Position numbers and translations under genes: made by a program. A stretch of DNA of 64,000 bases, from positions 1 to 64,000 of IMG/VR virus record IMGVR_UViG_3300005805_000051; one strand, given 5' to 3'. Below are positions 47,657-57,703 of the stretch, one piece after another. The notes below the pieces were generated by a model. It saw only the letters and a list, made by a program, of their open reading frames with translations. It made no database searches and was not told the DNA's origin. The stretch is from a virus. Positions within the stretch are counted from its first letter, which is position 1; the number at the start of each line of letters is the position of its first letter.

Positions 47657-48058
47657 TTACCGCACCCGCTTCAAGACCAGTCGTGTGGTTTGAATCTGGG
47701 GAATGTTTTGAACAATAAACCCGACTTCAATCAAAATGGCATGTTCGTCCAGCATCTCATTCTGCGGACCACGATTCTTGTAGACATCCACAAATTTGAC
47801 CGTGGCGCGAGGTTCAAACTGACGAATCACATTCCGAATATCATTTGCTAACACAAACTCCGTAATATCGTCATACGGTTCAAATAACCGCAACATGATG
47901 GAATTTCCCAACGCCGGCTGAAAGGGACGCTCATAAAAATTCGTATACAATAAATTCATTACGGACTGCTTGACGGCCTCTTCCTCCGTCAAGACAGGAA
48001 TGTCGCGAGACACCGGGTCTTTCACGAAGGAAATGTCTAGGTCGCTGTATACTGCCAT
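47657..48058 (-). CDS. gp25: Baseplate wedge / sheath initiator
   Basis: YSDLD, AVKQSV.NL..TNFYERPFQP and FEPR motifs. Confidence 0.95.
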   Translation of the reverse strand: MAVYSDLDISFVKDPVSRDIPVLTEEEAVKQSVMNLLYTNFYERPFQPALGNSIMLRLFEPYDDITEFVLANDIRNVIRQFEPRATVKFVDVYKNRGPQNEMLDEHAILIEVGFIVQNIPQIQTTRLVLKRVR

Positions 48059-48093
48059 GGTAGCTGTATTTAGCTGGAATAGAAAACCGTATC

Positions 48094-49806
48094 CTACGCG
48101 GCAATAAACACCGGATTGATGCTGTCATCCTGTCCGGGACAGGTATGGTCAATCCACGCAAAGGACGCCCCCGATGACCCGGCACCACCAATAATATCAA
48201 TGACGCATATACGTTTATCTGCATCCCATTTGTCGGTTCCTTGTCCTTGAGGACCACCGGTCGGATCAAGAATCGCAATTGCATCACCAGATGCATCGCT
48301 TGCATTTCCACGAATCCCAACAATCCCCACCTTTGGATCGTTAACATTTCGCACCACTGCCGCAAGAAACTCGCGATGCGGTCCCATATTGTCACGGAAT
48401 GCTGAAGTTTTGACAGCTTCAAACAAATCAGGATTCTCTTTAACCGCCGCATCGAACGCGGAACCCACAGATCCGTAGTAGGCAGAACGAATAGCCGACG
48501 GGTTGTATTTCTGACCCCACGGGTCAACCAACGATCGGCAATCTTCTCCACCCGCTCCGTATTCGCCAGTGAACCCCTCTTCGGTATTTACACCAATCGG
48601 ATTGAGTCGTTGTTGCCGAGACGCGAGGCGGTCAATATATTGTGACGCCAAATTAGCGTCTGCGATCAATGCATTTAAAGCCGCCGTTTCAGCACCCGGT
48701 GCATAGGGTTGATGCACAATCAGGCCTTCTAGAAACTCATCATTGAAGGTTTTAGTCATCACCAGTCGTCGACGACTTTCGGGGGTAAAGGTAATATGCA
48801 ACCATGCTTGTCCTTTTCCTACTGGCACCAAGCTGTGCGATAGGATCAATTGGTCAAACACTAGGTTGTTTTTTGCCCACCGCGCAAGTTGAAACAGCTT
48901 CGGAGCCTCAGCTAAACTCCCATCACCTATCGTGAGATCAATCGCTTCGCCGCGCTCATGCGGGCTGGTGCTGCTGTTCTCGCTTCGGAATCCTTCAAGA
49001 ATGCGTGGGGTGCCCCAATTTTGTCGTCGTGCATATCCAGCCAGCGGTTCGTAAATGTTTTCCGCAATCAACACCAGCCGATAAAAAATCTCATCCTGTA
49101 GTAGACCATGTTGGTTTATCAAGACACTTGTGGGTTCATTACTCGTCGGTACCGGATTCGGCGCGGGTAGTGTTGTAGTTCCCAGTTGCCCAGTTTCGAC
49201 TTTAGTCACATCCCAAAACCGCTTGCTGCTCTCGATTTCTTTCTTTGTGCGAAAAATCGTTGAGACAGGCGGAATGCCTTTTCCTAGCGGTGCGGACAAC
49301 AATCCCGTGAGGGCTGCTTTGGCCGCCGTTTCTGAAAGTTGTTTGGCCGCTTGTGACGGATTGACCGACAATCCTTCAGGGAATGGTCGACGCAGCTTCG
49401 TCAAGTTCGTTTCTTCGACGATACTGACACCAAGACCCATCGCACCAGCAAGCTTCGAGACACTCCCGAGCGCACCGCGTCCAATCGCGCCCGCAGCTTT
49501 TCCCACTTTCCCTTCCATCGCCGCTTGTGTGCGTTTAGAAGCGACGGCTAATGCTTTGGCCGCAGCCGCCTTCAGTGCATATTGCCCAATCTGTTGTGCT
49601 AACACACTACTGCCACCGGTTGCAACGGCAGCTCCCACCGTCGTAGCAGCACTTTTCATCTTACTAATCAAACTCTTTGTTCGTTGCACGGCCCCTAAAA
49701 GCTTTGCAGATATGGGGTTCTGAAGATTAACCTTAATCTCTTTTGGGGGCCGGCTACTCGCAAGGAGTTCAGCATCCGAACGTAAATCTTTAAATGCGCG
49801 TGACAT
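48094..49806 (-). CDS. Baseplate-associated protein with a peptidase M15-type Zn cell-wall peptidase domain
   Basis: ENIYEPL...GFRS....S.H..GEAID...FDQLIL...WLHITF motif. Confidence 0.78.
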   Translation of the reverse strand: MSRAFKDLRSDAELLASSRPPKEIKVNLQNPISAKLLGAVQRTKSLISKMKSAATTVGAAVATGGSSVLAQQIGQYALKAAAAKALAVASKRTQAAMEGKVGKAAGAIGRGALGSVSKLAGAMGLGVSIVEETNLTKLRRPFPEGLSVNPSQAAKQLSETAAKAALTGLLSAPLGKGIPPVSTIFRTKKEIESSKRFWDVTKVETGQLGTTTLPAPNPVPTSNEPTSVLINQHGLLQDEIFYRLVLIAENIYEPLAGYARRQNWGTPRILEGFRSENSSTSPHERGEAIDLTIGDGSLAEAPKLFQLARWAKNNLVFDQLILSHSLVPVGKGQAWLHITFTPESRRRLVMTKTFNDEFLEGLIVHQPYAPGAETAALNALIADANLASQYIDRLASRQQRLNPIGVNTEEGFTGEYGAGGEDCRSLVDPWGQKYNPSAIRSAYYGSVGSAFDAAVKENPDLFEAVKTSAFRDNMGPHREFLAAVVRNVNDPKVGIVGIRGNASDASGDAIAILDPTGGPQGQGTDKWDADKRICVIDIIGGAGSSGASFAWIDHTCPGQDDSINPVFIAA

Positions 49807-49815
49807 ATTATATCC

Positions 49816-51306
49816 TTAGATCAACGGAGGATCGTTCCATCCTTCTGGGGGTGGTCCGGGGGGTGTTCCTCCTCCCCCTCCAGTACTACCGCCGGGCCCT
49901 GATGTCGTATTGTCTACTACCGCGTCAACAGGGATGGCAAACTCTTCGGGTTCGATAATCGGTGGAATATAGTTTTGCATCAGAGAAGCGAGAGTTAGTG
50001 TGCTACTGCCTAACTGGTCAGTAAGCGTAAAGACTTTCTTGTCCGCGTATTCTGCAAATGCCCGATACCGGAATACATACGGTACCACACTAGTAACGGT
50101 AGGATAACCATACGGTTCCGTAATAACCATTAGCGTGTCATTCGCAATCGATGCAATCCGAGGGAATCCCTGTGGAAATGGCGCACTCACAAACGGCGGT
50201 GACGGGAAGGTCAAATACATTCCAACAGCAACATCTTCGGTAAACTTGGTGTTGGTGCCAACCACCACCGTGTTGCCTTGCTCAAAGCGTACGGTACCGC
50301 CGCTTGCAAATGGATAGGAGGTGGCCGGCGGTGGTTCTTCACCCGGCGGTTCCGTATCCACATATATTGTGCTTTGTTGACCGGGAAGAGCTTTGGTTGC
50401 AGAGGTGAAATCACCAATTTCTTCCGACAGATTCTGATGTGCTGTATACGCTTCGCTGTTTTGCACATCTTCCGGGGTGTCAAACTGACGGTCACGGAAC
50501 TCAATGCGTTCCACCGACTTTCCGTTATACACTTGCGGATTCGACACGGGAATTTCTTCCGGTGGGGCCACTTCTGGCACCAACGGCATGCCTTTAGCAT
50601 CCGTTAGTGATTTTGCAAATTGTAGGCTCTTCCCGACATTTCGCGCATACGAACTGATCGTAGACACCGCAGATAATAATCCCGCAAGCGTACTAATCGA
50701 CCCCGGTGAACTCGGGAACACTCCCGTCACGCGCGGCACCAACACCCCAAAGATAGGCACAATCCCCGTTGGTAACGATAAGAACGGTGTCGTTGCGTTC
50801 GCCCCGACTCCGCCAATATCCACCTTCGGAGCGGCGAGCGAAATCTTATTGTCGGCGCGCATGAAAATATTATCCCCGCGCATCTTTAACTCACCCTTGA
50901 CATTGATGGCTAAGCCGTTATCGGCTTGAATCTCAAAGGCTCCGTTACGGACATAAATGTTTGCTCCACCGGACACCGTGATTTTATAGTCACCGTTGAC
51001 AATAATCTCATGGTCGGCCACCGTCACATCTTGCCGTTTTGATTTTGAGACATACTTCACCGCTCCATCAGGACGCAGTTCGATGTGAGAACCCGTACGA
51101 TGATAAACCTGTATGCGTTCGGCGCCCGGCGTATCATCCATCTCAAACAGATGACCAGATTCCGTCGCGGTCACATTGTTGTAGGGGTACTCTGCGGCGT
51201 ATGATGGAGGCAGTTCCGTAATCGTTGGGGCGGCCGCGCCACGAATCGGGTCGTTCTTCGCTTTTCGAAATACCCGTAGGATATTAGCACCAGCGCCTAA
51301 AAACAT
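49816..51306 (-). CDS. gp5: Baseplate spike, C-terminal (beta-helix) part
   Basis: YPYNNV..TESGH.FE.DDTPGAERI..YHRTGS followed by V.GD/V.GG repeats. Confidence 0.85.
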   Translation of the reverse strand: MFLGAGANILRVFRKAKNDPIRGAAAPTITELPPSYAAEYPYNNVTATESGHLFEMDDTPGAERIQVYHRTGSHIELRPDGAVKYVSKSKRQDVTVADHEIIVNGDYKITVSGGANIYVRNGAFEIQADNGLAINVKGELKMRGDNIFMRADNKISLAAPKVDIGGVGANATTPFLSLPTGIVPIFGVLVPRVTGVFPSSPGSISTLAGLLSAVSTISSYARNVGKSLQFAKSLTDAKGMPLVPEVAPPEEIPVSNPQVYNGKSVERIEFRDRQFDTPEDVQNSEAYTAHQNLSEEIGDFTSATKALPGQQSTIYVDTEPPGEEPPPATSYPFASGGTVRFEQGNTVVVGTNTKFTEDVAVGMYLTFPSPPFVSAPFPQGFPRIASIANDTLMVITEPYGYPTVTSVVPYVFRYRAFAEYADKKVFTLTDQLGSSTLTLASLMQNYIPPIIEPEEFAIPVDAVVDNTTSGPGGSTGGGGGTPPGPPPEGWNDPPLI

Positions 51307-51322
51307 ACTCTACCTTTCGTGC

Positions 51323-51715
51323 TTATGTCGGAAACGGCGGACTAGATGCCGGAGCAAGAGGGTTCTGATACCGATACCCCGGCAACACTCCGAGCATGAC
51401 CGGTTGTTGTGCGAGCTGTCCGTCCAAGAAAAATCCCAAGACCCACGACGCAATCGGCGGCGACTTCGGGCATCCCGAGTTTCCTAATGGTGCCATGGCT
51501 AAGGCCCACGGAAGATCGTCAGTTGCAATACCCGTCGCCGCACTCTCGCTGGTAGTAGTCTGTGCGGACTCGTTGTGAAATCCGAAGATTCGGACGCGCG
51601 CCCGGCCAAGCTTTAAGGGGTCTTTGTTATCTTCGACGACACCAATCCACCAGACGAATCCATTCTTGCCCATGAAATCGTGCGCGGATGGTGTGCCAAA
51701 AGCATTTAACGACAT
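51323..51715 (-). CDS. gp5: Baseplate spike, N-terminal OB-fold encoded as a separate gene
   Basis: FVWWIGVVED..DPLKLGRARVRIFGFH, LPWA and V.GFFLDG..AQQPVMLG motifs, then a stop codon. Confidence 0.9.
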   Translation of the reverse strand: MSLNAFGTPSAHDFMGKNGFVWWIGVVEDNKDPLKLGRARVRIFGFHNESAQTTTSESAATGIATDDLPWALAMAPLGNSGCPKSPPIASWVLGFFLDGQLAQQPVMLGVLPGYRYQNPLAPASSPPFPT

Positions 51716-51724
51716 ACAACACCT

Positions 51725-53149
51725 TTACGCAATAGAATCCGAACACGCTTCAAAAGTTGTTTCATACTGATATGCGTCATTTCCCATATTTATGATGGTA
51801 TGTTTGACCGCTAAAATAATATACAATCCCGATCGCAAATCAGCAAATCCGCCCGTCGTGGTGTCATTATTCAAGACATTGGGAATCTCAATATGCACAA
51901 CCGACCCCACATTCAGATTTGGGGCACCAGCCACCTTTACCCGCACGGTAAACATTTGCAGTTCGAGCAACTCACGATTTCGTACCGCTAAAGTTTGCTC
52001 AATAAAGTTTTCCGCCGGACGATGCTCCCGTGGAAACGGCGAAGTATCGTTGCCGGCGCTAATGCTGGTCGTGGGTACCACAAATACTCGGGCGGTTGGG
52101 TGTGCAACCGTAGCAAACTCAGGCGGATATAGTGGTCGCGCATTCAACCGCTCGCGACTCTTAAACAGATTATCGTTTACTGATGTTGTGGTCACGCGAT
52201 ACTGTCCTGCTAACACATCAACCCCGATAGTCGCCGACGAAAAATATCCTTCACTCAAGCCATATAAGAAATCAAAGTTATTGACGATATCGATTTGTTC
52301 TGCGGCAATATAACGATCTCCCGCACGAGTCGGTGCTAAACCACCAGCTTGACGACGCACATAAACGGGATTCTCGTTCCACTTCTTGCGGCCTTGTTTC
52401 ACCATCTCTTGTAGTGACCGGAAATAGAACCCATCTAACGTTTCATAGAAAAAAAAGTTTGCGCGATTGTCTGGGGTGTATGCTTGCAATGTCGCTAACT
52501 TAATCGCATTCAGCGGGGTAATATACGGGGCTACAAATCCAAACGGTTTTGCGTCTGCACTGAATGTAGGTTCAAAATACGGTCGACCGTCAGGAGCGGT
52601 AGTGGTACCGTACGGTTTTGTGGTGCCAATATATTCAGACAGCACTGTGTTGATAACTTGCTCGACGCGCAAGTTCTTGAACACCCGAGAAAACCGTTTT
52701 TCGCTAGACTTTAGCAGTTCGGGACTCGCAAGACCAAGACGATAGGTTTCTGACCCTTGTGATTGGGGAATGCGCTCCGTTTGATTGTATACGGCAAAGT
52801 TTAACACTGCACTAGTGCTGGTTGCGGCTTGATAGGGATAGTATCGATACGTTCCTGTGCGAGGGTTGAATACACGAAACTTGACCGAAAGATTTTCTAT
52901 GCCCATAAGAGGCACAACACTCGACAAGTTCATGTCATCTTGAACGCGCAACTCTCCCGTCAGTGTGGGGTTAAACACACTTTCATAAATGTTCAAGGAG
53001 GTCATGTAGTTCCGCGCATCACGAAATACCGCAGCTTGTTTTGCAGTAATATTTCGTGCCGTTAGATCACCGAGAGTCGGCGTTTTTAAGTCACATTCCA
53101 GTAACTCAACATCTTTAAGAGCAAACGGAGAACTCATTCCACCAGACAT
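51725..53149 (-). CDS. Baseplate hub protein (gp27-like)
   Basis: LNIYES.F, FFFYETLDGFYFRSL and SGLY.I..VKH motifs; lies between gp53 and gp5. Confidence 0.75.
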   Translation of the reverse strand: MSGGMSSPFALKDVELLECDLKTPTLGDLTARNITAKQAAVFRDARNYMTSLNIYESVFNPTLTGELRVQDDMNLSSVVPLMGIENLSVKFRVFNPRTGTYRYYPYQAATSTSAVLNFAVYNQTERIPQSQGSETYRLGLASPELLKSSEKRFSRVFKNLRVEQVINTVLSEYIGTTKPYGTTTAPDGRPYFEPTFSADAKPFGFVAPYITPLNAIKLATLQAYTPDNRANFFFYETLDGFYFRSLQEMVKQGRKKWNENPVYVRRQAGGLAPTRAGDRYIAAEQIDIVNNFDFLYGLSEGYFSSATIGVDVLAGQYRVTTTSVNDNLFKSRERLNARPLYPPEFATVAHPTARVFVVPTTSISAGNDTSPFPREHRPAENFIEQTLAVRNRELLELQMFTVRVKVAGAPNLNVGSVVHIEIPNVLNNDTTTGGFADLRSGLYIILAVKHTIINMGNDAYQYETTFEACSDSIA

Positions 53150-53152
53150 AGT

Positions 53153-53737
53153 TTATGCTCGCAGTAATGCGTCTAACTGATTTTCTATTGAAGGCACAAT
53201 ACGCGGTTCGACAATCTTGATTTCTCGTCGAGTATCGTTTGCTTCTTCTTCTTGCTCGTAGACAGTTTTAATTTCGCGTACGGCGGTACCTAAACTCAAA
53301 TATGTTTCCCGATTGACAAAGTACCGTTCCCCATCAATAAGTTGGATGTATTGGGTGTCAGGCAACGGAGTTACTTCATTCTGGCTACGAGCAACACCAT
53401 CTAAGGCACCTGCGCTACTTTCGTATTTTTTTGCGATGTAGTTTTCAAATTCTTCGTTTGACATCGGCCAATCATACCAATCACGCATATTGTTGGCTAA
53501 CAAAATTAACCACACATACTGGGTGCTGCCATAAAACTTTGCCGCCACTGTATCTGCGCGTTCCGACTCTTGTACCCGATAGGTAACAAATGGAATCGAC
53601 TCCGACCCCGTAGCCAAACTTTGCAGTTGAAATCGCACGGTCATATCTGGCACCGTGCGATTGACAGGCAGACCAGTGTCGTCCGTATATTCAGTCGCGG
53701 TATAAGGAATGCGTGGAAGACGAGTAAAATAATTCAT
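53153..53737 (-). CDS. gp53: Baseplate wedge protein
   Basis: YF...P.I.Y, ERADTVA..FYG...WLILLAN...DWP and YE.E...N..RREIK motifs. Confidence 0.93.
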   Translation of the reverse strand: MNYFTRLPRIPYTATEYTDDTGLPVNRTVPDMTVRFQLQSLATGSESIPFVTYRVQESERADTVAAKFYGSTQYVWLILLANNMRDWYDWPMSNEEFENYIAKKYESSAGALDGVARSQNEVTPLPDTQYIQLIDGERYFVNRETYLSLGTAVREIKTVYEQEEEANDTRREIKIVEPRIVPSIENQLDALLRA

Positions 53738-53739
53738 GG

Positions 53740-54762
53740 CTAGAATCGATAACGAGTTCTATTTTTTGTAATTGTATCAAACACTCCAGCATTTTCTAAT
53801 GTTCCCTCTACGGTAACTGGGTTTTCAATCACAATTTGATTTCGTGTTAAAAATGACACTTCTTTGAATGTCATAGACACATCAATTTTTGTTGGATATC
53901 GTTTGACATCGTTTCCTACAGTTTTAAACAACTTTGGAGAGTCTACTCCGTCTGCATAATTCACTTGCATACTTGTCAGCACTGAAGGCAACAGTGTGAA
54001 TGTGGTGTCTGCAATCGAATAAATAATTTGCCATTCTAACGGAAACTTTAACCATGTTCCAAACTGTCCAGCTAGTGTAGACGTAAACTCGGGTAGCATG
54101 TAAAACTTGAAGTATTGAAGAATCTTATCTATTGTTTGAGATTCGTGCAATGACTTTGGTTGAAATGTGTACACAAAAGTGTGTTCGCGAAATGGCACAT
54201 TTTCATATAACACTTCGGTAAACGGGTTCACCGTTTTATTCATTGCTAGTGTTGCCGCATCTTTAAATGTTTCGCTGATTCCGCCTAACCCTTGTAATGC
54301 CCCTGTTGTGCCTGCATCAACGAGGGTCGAACCGGCTTCACCCGCAATACCAGCAAGCCCACCAACAGTAGCTTTTACTTTATCAATCCATCCGTCCGCA
54401 TTTTGTACCGCATTTTTTAATTTGTTGGCTTCTTCAAGAATGTTTTTTCCACCTACCGCTAACGAACCTACAGCACCACCTAATGATGCGTCACGATATC
54501 CCACAGAAAATGTGGTTGATAACGCGGACGATGGGATAGGAAGTGCAATCGTGCGTCGAGGTCCGGGCAATCCGTCTAGTAATGAAGTCGGTGTCCCTGA
54601 AGAACCACCGATAGAAACTATTCGATTGCGTTCATATGGACCAAACAACACATACGGGATACCAAGCTTTGACAGATTGGTCGGAAACTTGACACAATCT
54701 GTCCCGAATACCGTAAGCGGATCTCTTGACGGGTCGTCGTATGAATAAAAGTTATCGGCCAT
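53740..54762 (-). CDS. gp48: Baseplate tail tube cap
   Basis: I.LPIP, NPF.EVLY....FR.H.F.Y.F.PKS..E and M.FKE motifs. Start set at ATG 54762. Confidence 0.88.
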   Translation of the reverse strand: MADNFYSYDDPSRDPLTVFGTDCVKFPTNLSKLGIPYVLFGPYERNRIVSIGGSSGTPTSLLDGLPGPRRTIALPIPSSALSTTFSVGYRDASLGGAVGSLAVGGKNILEEANKLKNAVQNADGWIDKVKATVGGLAGIAGEAGSTLVDAGTTGALQGLGGISETFKDAATLAMNKTVNPFTEVLYENVPFREHTFVYTFQPKSLHESQTIDKILQYFKFYMLPEFTSTLAGQFGTWLKFPLEWQIIYSIADTTFTLLPSVLTSMQVNYADGVDSPKLFKTVGNDVKRYPTKIDVSMTFKEVSFLTRNQIVIENPVTVEGTLENAGVFDTITKNRTRYRF

Positions 54763-54767
54763 ATTGG

Positions 54768-54777
54768 TATCTAAATA
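54768..54777. promoter_or_regulatory. Overlapping divergent late promoters for gp48 and gp4
   Basis: CTAAATA on the + strand (54771-54777); TTAGATA on the - strand 5 nt before the gp48 ATG. Confidence 0.5.
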
Positions 54778-54804
54778 GGAAACGGACATTAGTATATAGG
54801 GACT

Positions 54805-55260
54805 ATGGCACGATATCATCAGGGGAAGTTCATTCCGAGGAACCCCCACAAGTATGTGGGTGACCCGAGCAACATCATCTATCGGTCGTCGTGGGAATTT
54901 AACTTCCTACAATGGGCCGACCGTGAAGAGAATGTCTTGCGATACGCATCGGAAGAGCTACATATCCCGTACTACTTTCAAGGTGACGGCAAATGGCATC
55001 GGTATTTCCCCGACTTCATCTTGCATGTCAAAGATAAAAACGGCACACAGCAGGTTTGGATGGTAGAAATCAAGCCGCAGCACCAAACACAACATCCCCA
55101 AACGAAGCGGTTTCGGTCAAAACAACGGCAGCTTCGGGAGACGATGGAGTACGCGAAGAACCAAGCAAAGTGGGCGGCCGCCGATACCTTTTGCCGCAAT
55201 AAAGGGTGGCGGTTCATGATTCTTACCGAAAAGGAACTGTATGGCGACCGATCCCTTTGA
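54805..55260 (+). CDS. gp4: Head completion nuclease
   Basis: KY.GDP.NI.YRSSWE, HRYFPDF, EIKP and N.AKW.AA motifs. Confidence 0.95.
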   Translation: MARYHQGKFIPRNPHKYVGDPSNIIYRSSWEFNFLQWADREENVLRYASEELHIPYYFQGDGKWHRYFPDFILHVKDKNGTQQVWMVEIKPQHQTQHPQTKRFRSKQRQLRETMEYAKNQAKWAAADTFCRNKGWRFMILTEKELYGDRSL

Positions 55261-55993
55261 CGCACTCGTCCTGCGGAACGCACCCCAGTTTCTTGCAGGC
55301 AACTATCGTATACTCCCTCGTAATGCGTTTCGCGGGGTGTTTCACGACGCTCCTCCCGACCGTCGAGTCTTGACCGGTCAGACCCTTCCAAATGTGCCAA
55401 ACTTGACTTTTGTGCCGTTACTCAAGCAGCTTGGTGCGATTGCCAACCAGCGGACACCCGCAGGCGTGGCCGCATGGGTTAAAACCGCGACCTATTTGCT
55501 TGGCCGGGTCGATGACGACGACCAGCGCGAAGTCATGCAGAAATACCAAACGCTAAAAAGCTTTAGTGTTTCTCCGTCGCAAATGTTGCCGGGATTTCTC
55601 TATACCTTTCGCTATCAAGCAAAAGCAAATCAGTTTGACCGATTCCCCCTGACACTGGTATTAGACAAAGACAAAACCAGCATCTTGGGATTGAACTTCC
55701 ACTATTTGCCGTTAATCTGGCGGTTTGCATTCTTTGAAGCGTTAATGCCGTTGATTGCACCACTCCCTGTGTCTCAGCGGACACGGATTCTTGCAACTTA
55801 TCAACGTCTTTCTACCGGCACTAAATACTATTATTGGGAATCAACCGTGAAACGATACACGATGAAGCAGATTCAAAGTCGTGCGATATTCATAACCCCG
55901 ATTGAGTGGGCCGCGGCAATAGCGTATCCGAGCGATATGTTTATTCGGACAACATCCAATATAGTGTATACCCAGAGTCTTCGTAACAAGTAA
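55241..55993 (+). CDS. gp2: DNA end protector protein
   Basis: PG.LY.F.Y.AK, DRFPL and GLNFHYLP...R motifs. Confidence 0.88.
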   Translation: MATDPFDALVLRNAPQFLAGNYRILPRNAFRGVFHDAPPDRRVLTGQTLPNVPNLTFVPLLKQLGAIANQRTPAGVAAWVKTATYLLGRVDDDDQREVMQKYQTLKSFSVSPSQMLPGFLYTFRYQAKANQFDRFPLTLVLDKDKTSILGLNFHYLPLIWRFAFFEALMPLIAPLPVSQRTRILATYQRLSTGTKYYYWESTVKRYTMKQIQSRAIFITPIEWAAAIAYPSDMFIRTTSNIVYTQSLRNK

Positions 55994-55994
55994 T

Positions 55995-56729
55995 ATGTCG
56001 ATTACATCCTTTCGTCCAGACGCGTTTTTTGCAAAAACGGCACATTTTGCCAGTCAAGGGCGCGGTCTATTTACGCTCACCCCTGATACCGCAAAAGCCA
56101 CGCAAGGTGCAGTCGACGACGGGGGTCACATTCTTGATACGACAAAGACCTCCCGTGATTACAACAAAGCTAAAATTACCGAAGGTCTGGCGTTATTATC
56201 GCGAGGATTGGTCGCTAAAAATTTTAGCATTCCGTCGCTACAATTGAATACCTATGAACCATTTAGCTACATGGGCCCCACCAAAAAAATGCCATATGGG
56301 TTACAGTTTAGTGACCTTGAGGTAGAATTTTATCTAATGGGGTCGTCTCAGTCCGAAGCTGGTTGCTTACATTATTTGTTCTCTCGTTGGATGGAAGGCA
56401 TTGCGGGCCCGCGTGTTGGAAGTAACGAGTTTTCATTACCAGACAGCAATATGCCTACTTCAGACGCAACGGTGTTTGAAGTCGAATATTATAACAACTA
56501 TATCGCTAGTGCAGAAATTCGTATTTACTCACCTACGGATGAAGTTCTACCTACAGCAAATAATGTCACTTCTCCCTCTAAACCGCAAGTCATCACCCTA
56601 GTCAAGTTTAGTGAACTTTTTCCGATTGCGTTAGGGCCGCTCCAACTTTCGTGGGAATCACCGGATGCTCCGTTGTCTTTGAGCGTAACTTTTGCTTACT
56701 ACTATCATCGTGTTATTTCTGTCGTCTAG
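55995..56729 (+). CDS. gp54: Baseplate tail tube initiator
   Basis: GP..KMPY, F..WM, YY.NY and FP..LG..QLSW...LSVTFAY motifs. Confidence 0.8.
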   Translation: MSITSFRPDAFFAKTAHFASQGRGLFTLTPDTAKATQGAVDDGGHILDTTKTSRDYNKAKITEGLALLSRGLVAKNFSIPSLQLNTYEPFSYMGPTKKMPYGLQFSDLEVEFYLMGSSQSEAGCLHYLFSRWMEGIAGPRVGSNEFSLPDSNMPTSDATVFEVEYYNNYIASAEIRIYSPTDEVLPTANNVTSPSKPQVITLVKFSELFPIALGPLQLSWESPDAPLSLSVTFAYYYHRVISVV

Positions 56730-56749
56730 TTTTTTTAGTGAGGTATATC

Positions 56750-57511
56750 ATGAAACTTCCGTTAGTTGATACATACGCATTTCCGGTAACCGTCCCGTCA
56801 TCAAATACAAGCATCACGATTCGACCATTTTTGGTGAAGGAAGAAAAGCTGTTACTGATGGCACAGCAAAGCAAAAGTTACGACGAACAGGTCGAAGCGA
56901 TTGCTCAAGTGATTCGTAACTGCACGAACAATCAAGTTGAGCCAAAAACCGCCCCCTTCTTTGATATCGAATATCTCCTGATTCAACTTCGCACTCGCAG
57001 TGTGGGAGAAACAATCAGTCCCTACTATGTGTGCCGAAATAAAGTAAATGAAGAAGAATGTGGGCACCGTACGGCGGTGACCATTAATCTCCAAGAAATC
57101 AAGGTGACAGACTTCGTTACCACTATTCCGGTGAAGTCACTACAGGTATCACCACGATATGTACTAAACCTTCGCTATCCAACTGTCTATACCGTGCAAC
57201 GGCTGTTATTATTTAACGCTTCCGTAGATGACGCGGAACGCAGCAAACTGGCCGTAGATGTCGTCGATAGCTTGATTGACGTATTCGATACCCTCGAAGA
57301 TAAAGATACCGGCACTCTGTATAAGTTTGACGACTTCAATCGAACACAAAAGATTGAGTTTTTAAACAGCTTGCTCTCGACCGATTACGAGAAGATTACC
57401 CAGTTTGTGGCTGAGATGCCGACCGTGTATGTAGAAACATCATACACATGTGAAAAATGTGCGTTCGAACACAGCATCCGGTTACAGGGCATGTCGGATT
57501 TTTTAGGCTAG
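56750..57511 (+). CDS. gp26: Baseplate hub assembly chaperone
   Basis: RPFLVKEEKLLLMA, FDIEYL.IQLR.RSVGE and C..C motifs; the ATG at 56750 follows GAGG. Confidence 0.92.
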   Translation: MKLPLVDTYAFPVTVPSSNTSITIRPFLVKEEKLLLMAQQSKSYDEQVEAIAQVIRNCTNNQVEPKTAPFFDIEYLLIQLRTRSVGETISPYYVCRNKVNEEECGHRTAVTINLQEIKVTDFVTTIPVKSLQVSPRYVLNLRYPTVYTVQRLLLFNASVDDAERSKLAVDVVDSLIDVFDTLEDKDTGTLYKFDDFNRTQKIEFLNSLLSTDYEKITQFVAEMPTVYVETSYTCEKCAFEHSIRLQGMSDFLG

Positions 57512-57693
57512 GGTTTCAGTATGATACGTTAGGCAATCACTTTCAAACGAACTTTGTGCTGATGCAAGACCACCACTGGTCGTGGACAGACATTCAGAAC
57601 ATGGTGCCGTTTGAACGGGACATTTACATCATCCTCTTGCGTCAGTGGGTCGAGAAAAAGAATGAGGAGACAAAGAGGCAGACCACACGATAA
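57499..57693 (+). CDS. gp51: Baseplate hub assembly catalyst, probably entered by a -1 frameshift from gp26
   Basis: L.NHFQTNF.LMQ.HHWS..DIQNM.PFER.IY...L motif; no ATG upstream of the conserved core. Confidence 0.85.
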   Translation, partial: FFRLGFQYDTLGNHFQTNFVLMQDHHWSWTDIQNMVPFERDIYIILLRQWVEKKNEETKRQTTR

Positions 57694-57703
57694 ATAGGCG
57701 CAT

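Noticed and set aside
54805-55260. TnsA-like nuclease as a transposon
   Set aside because: Motifs and synteny identify it as the gp4 head completion protein.
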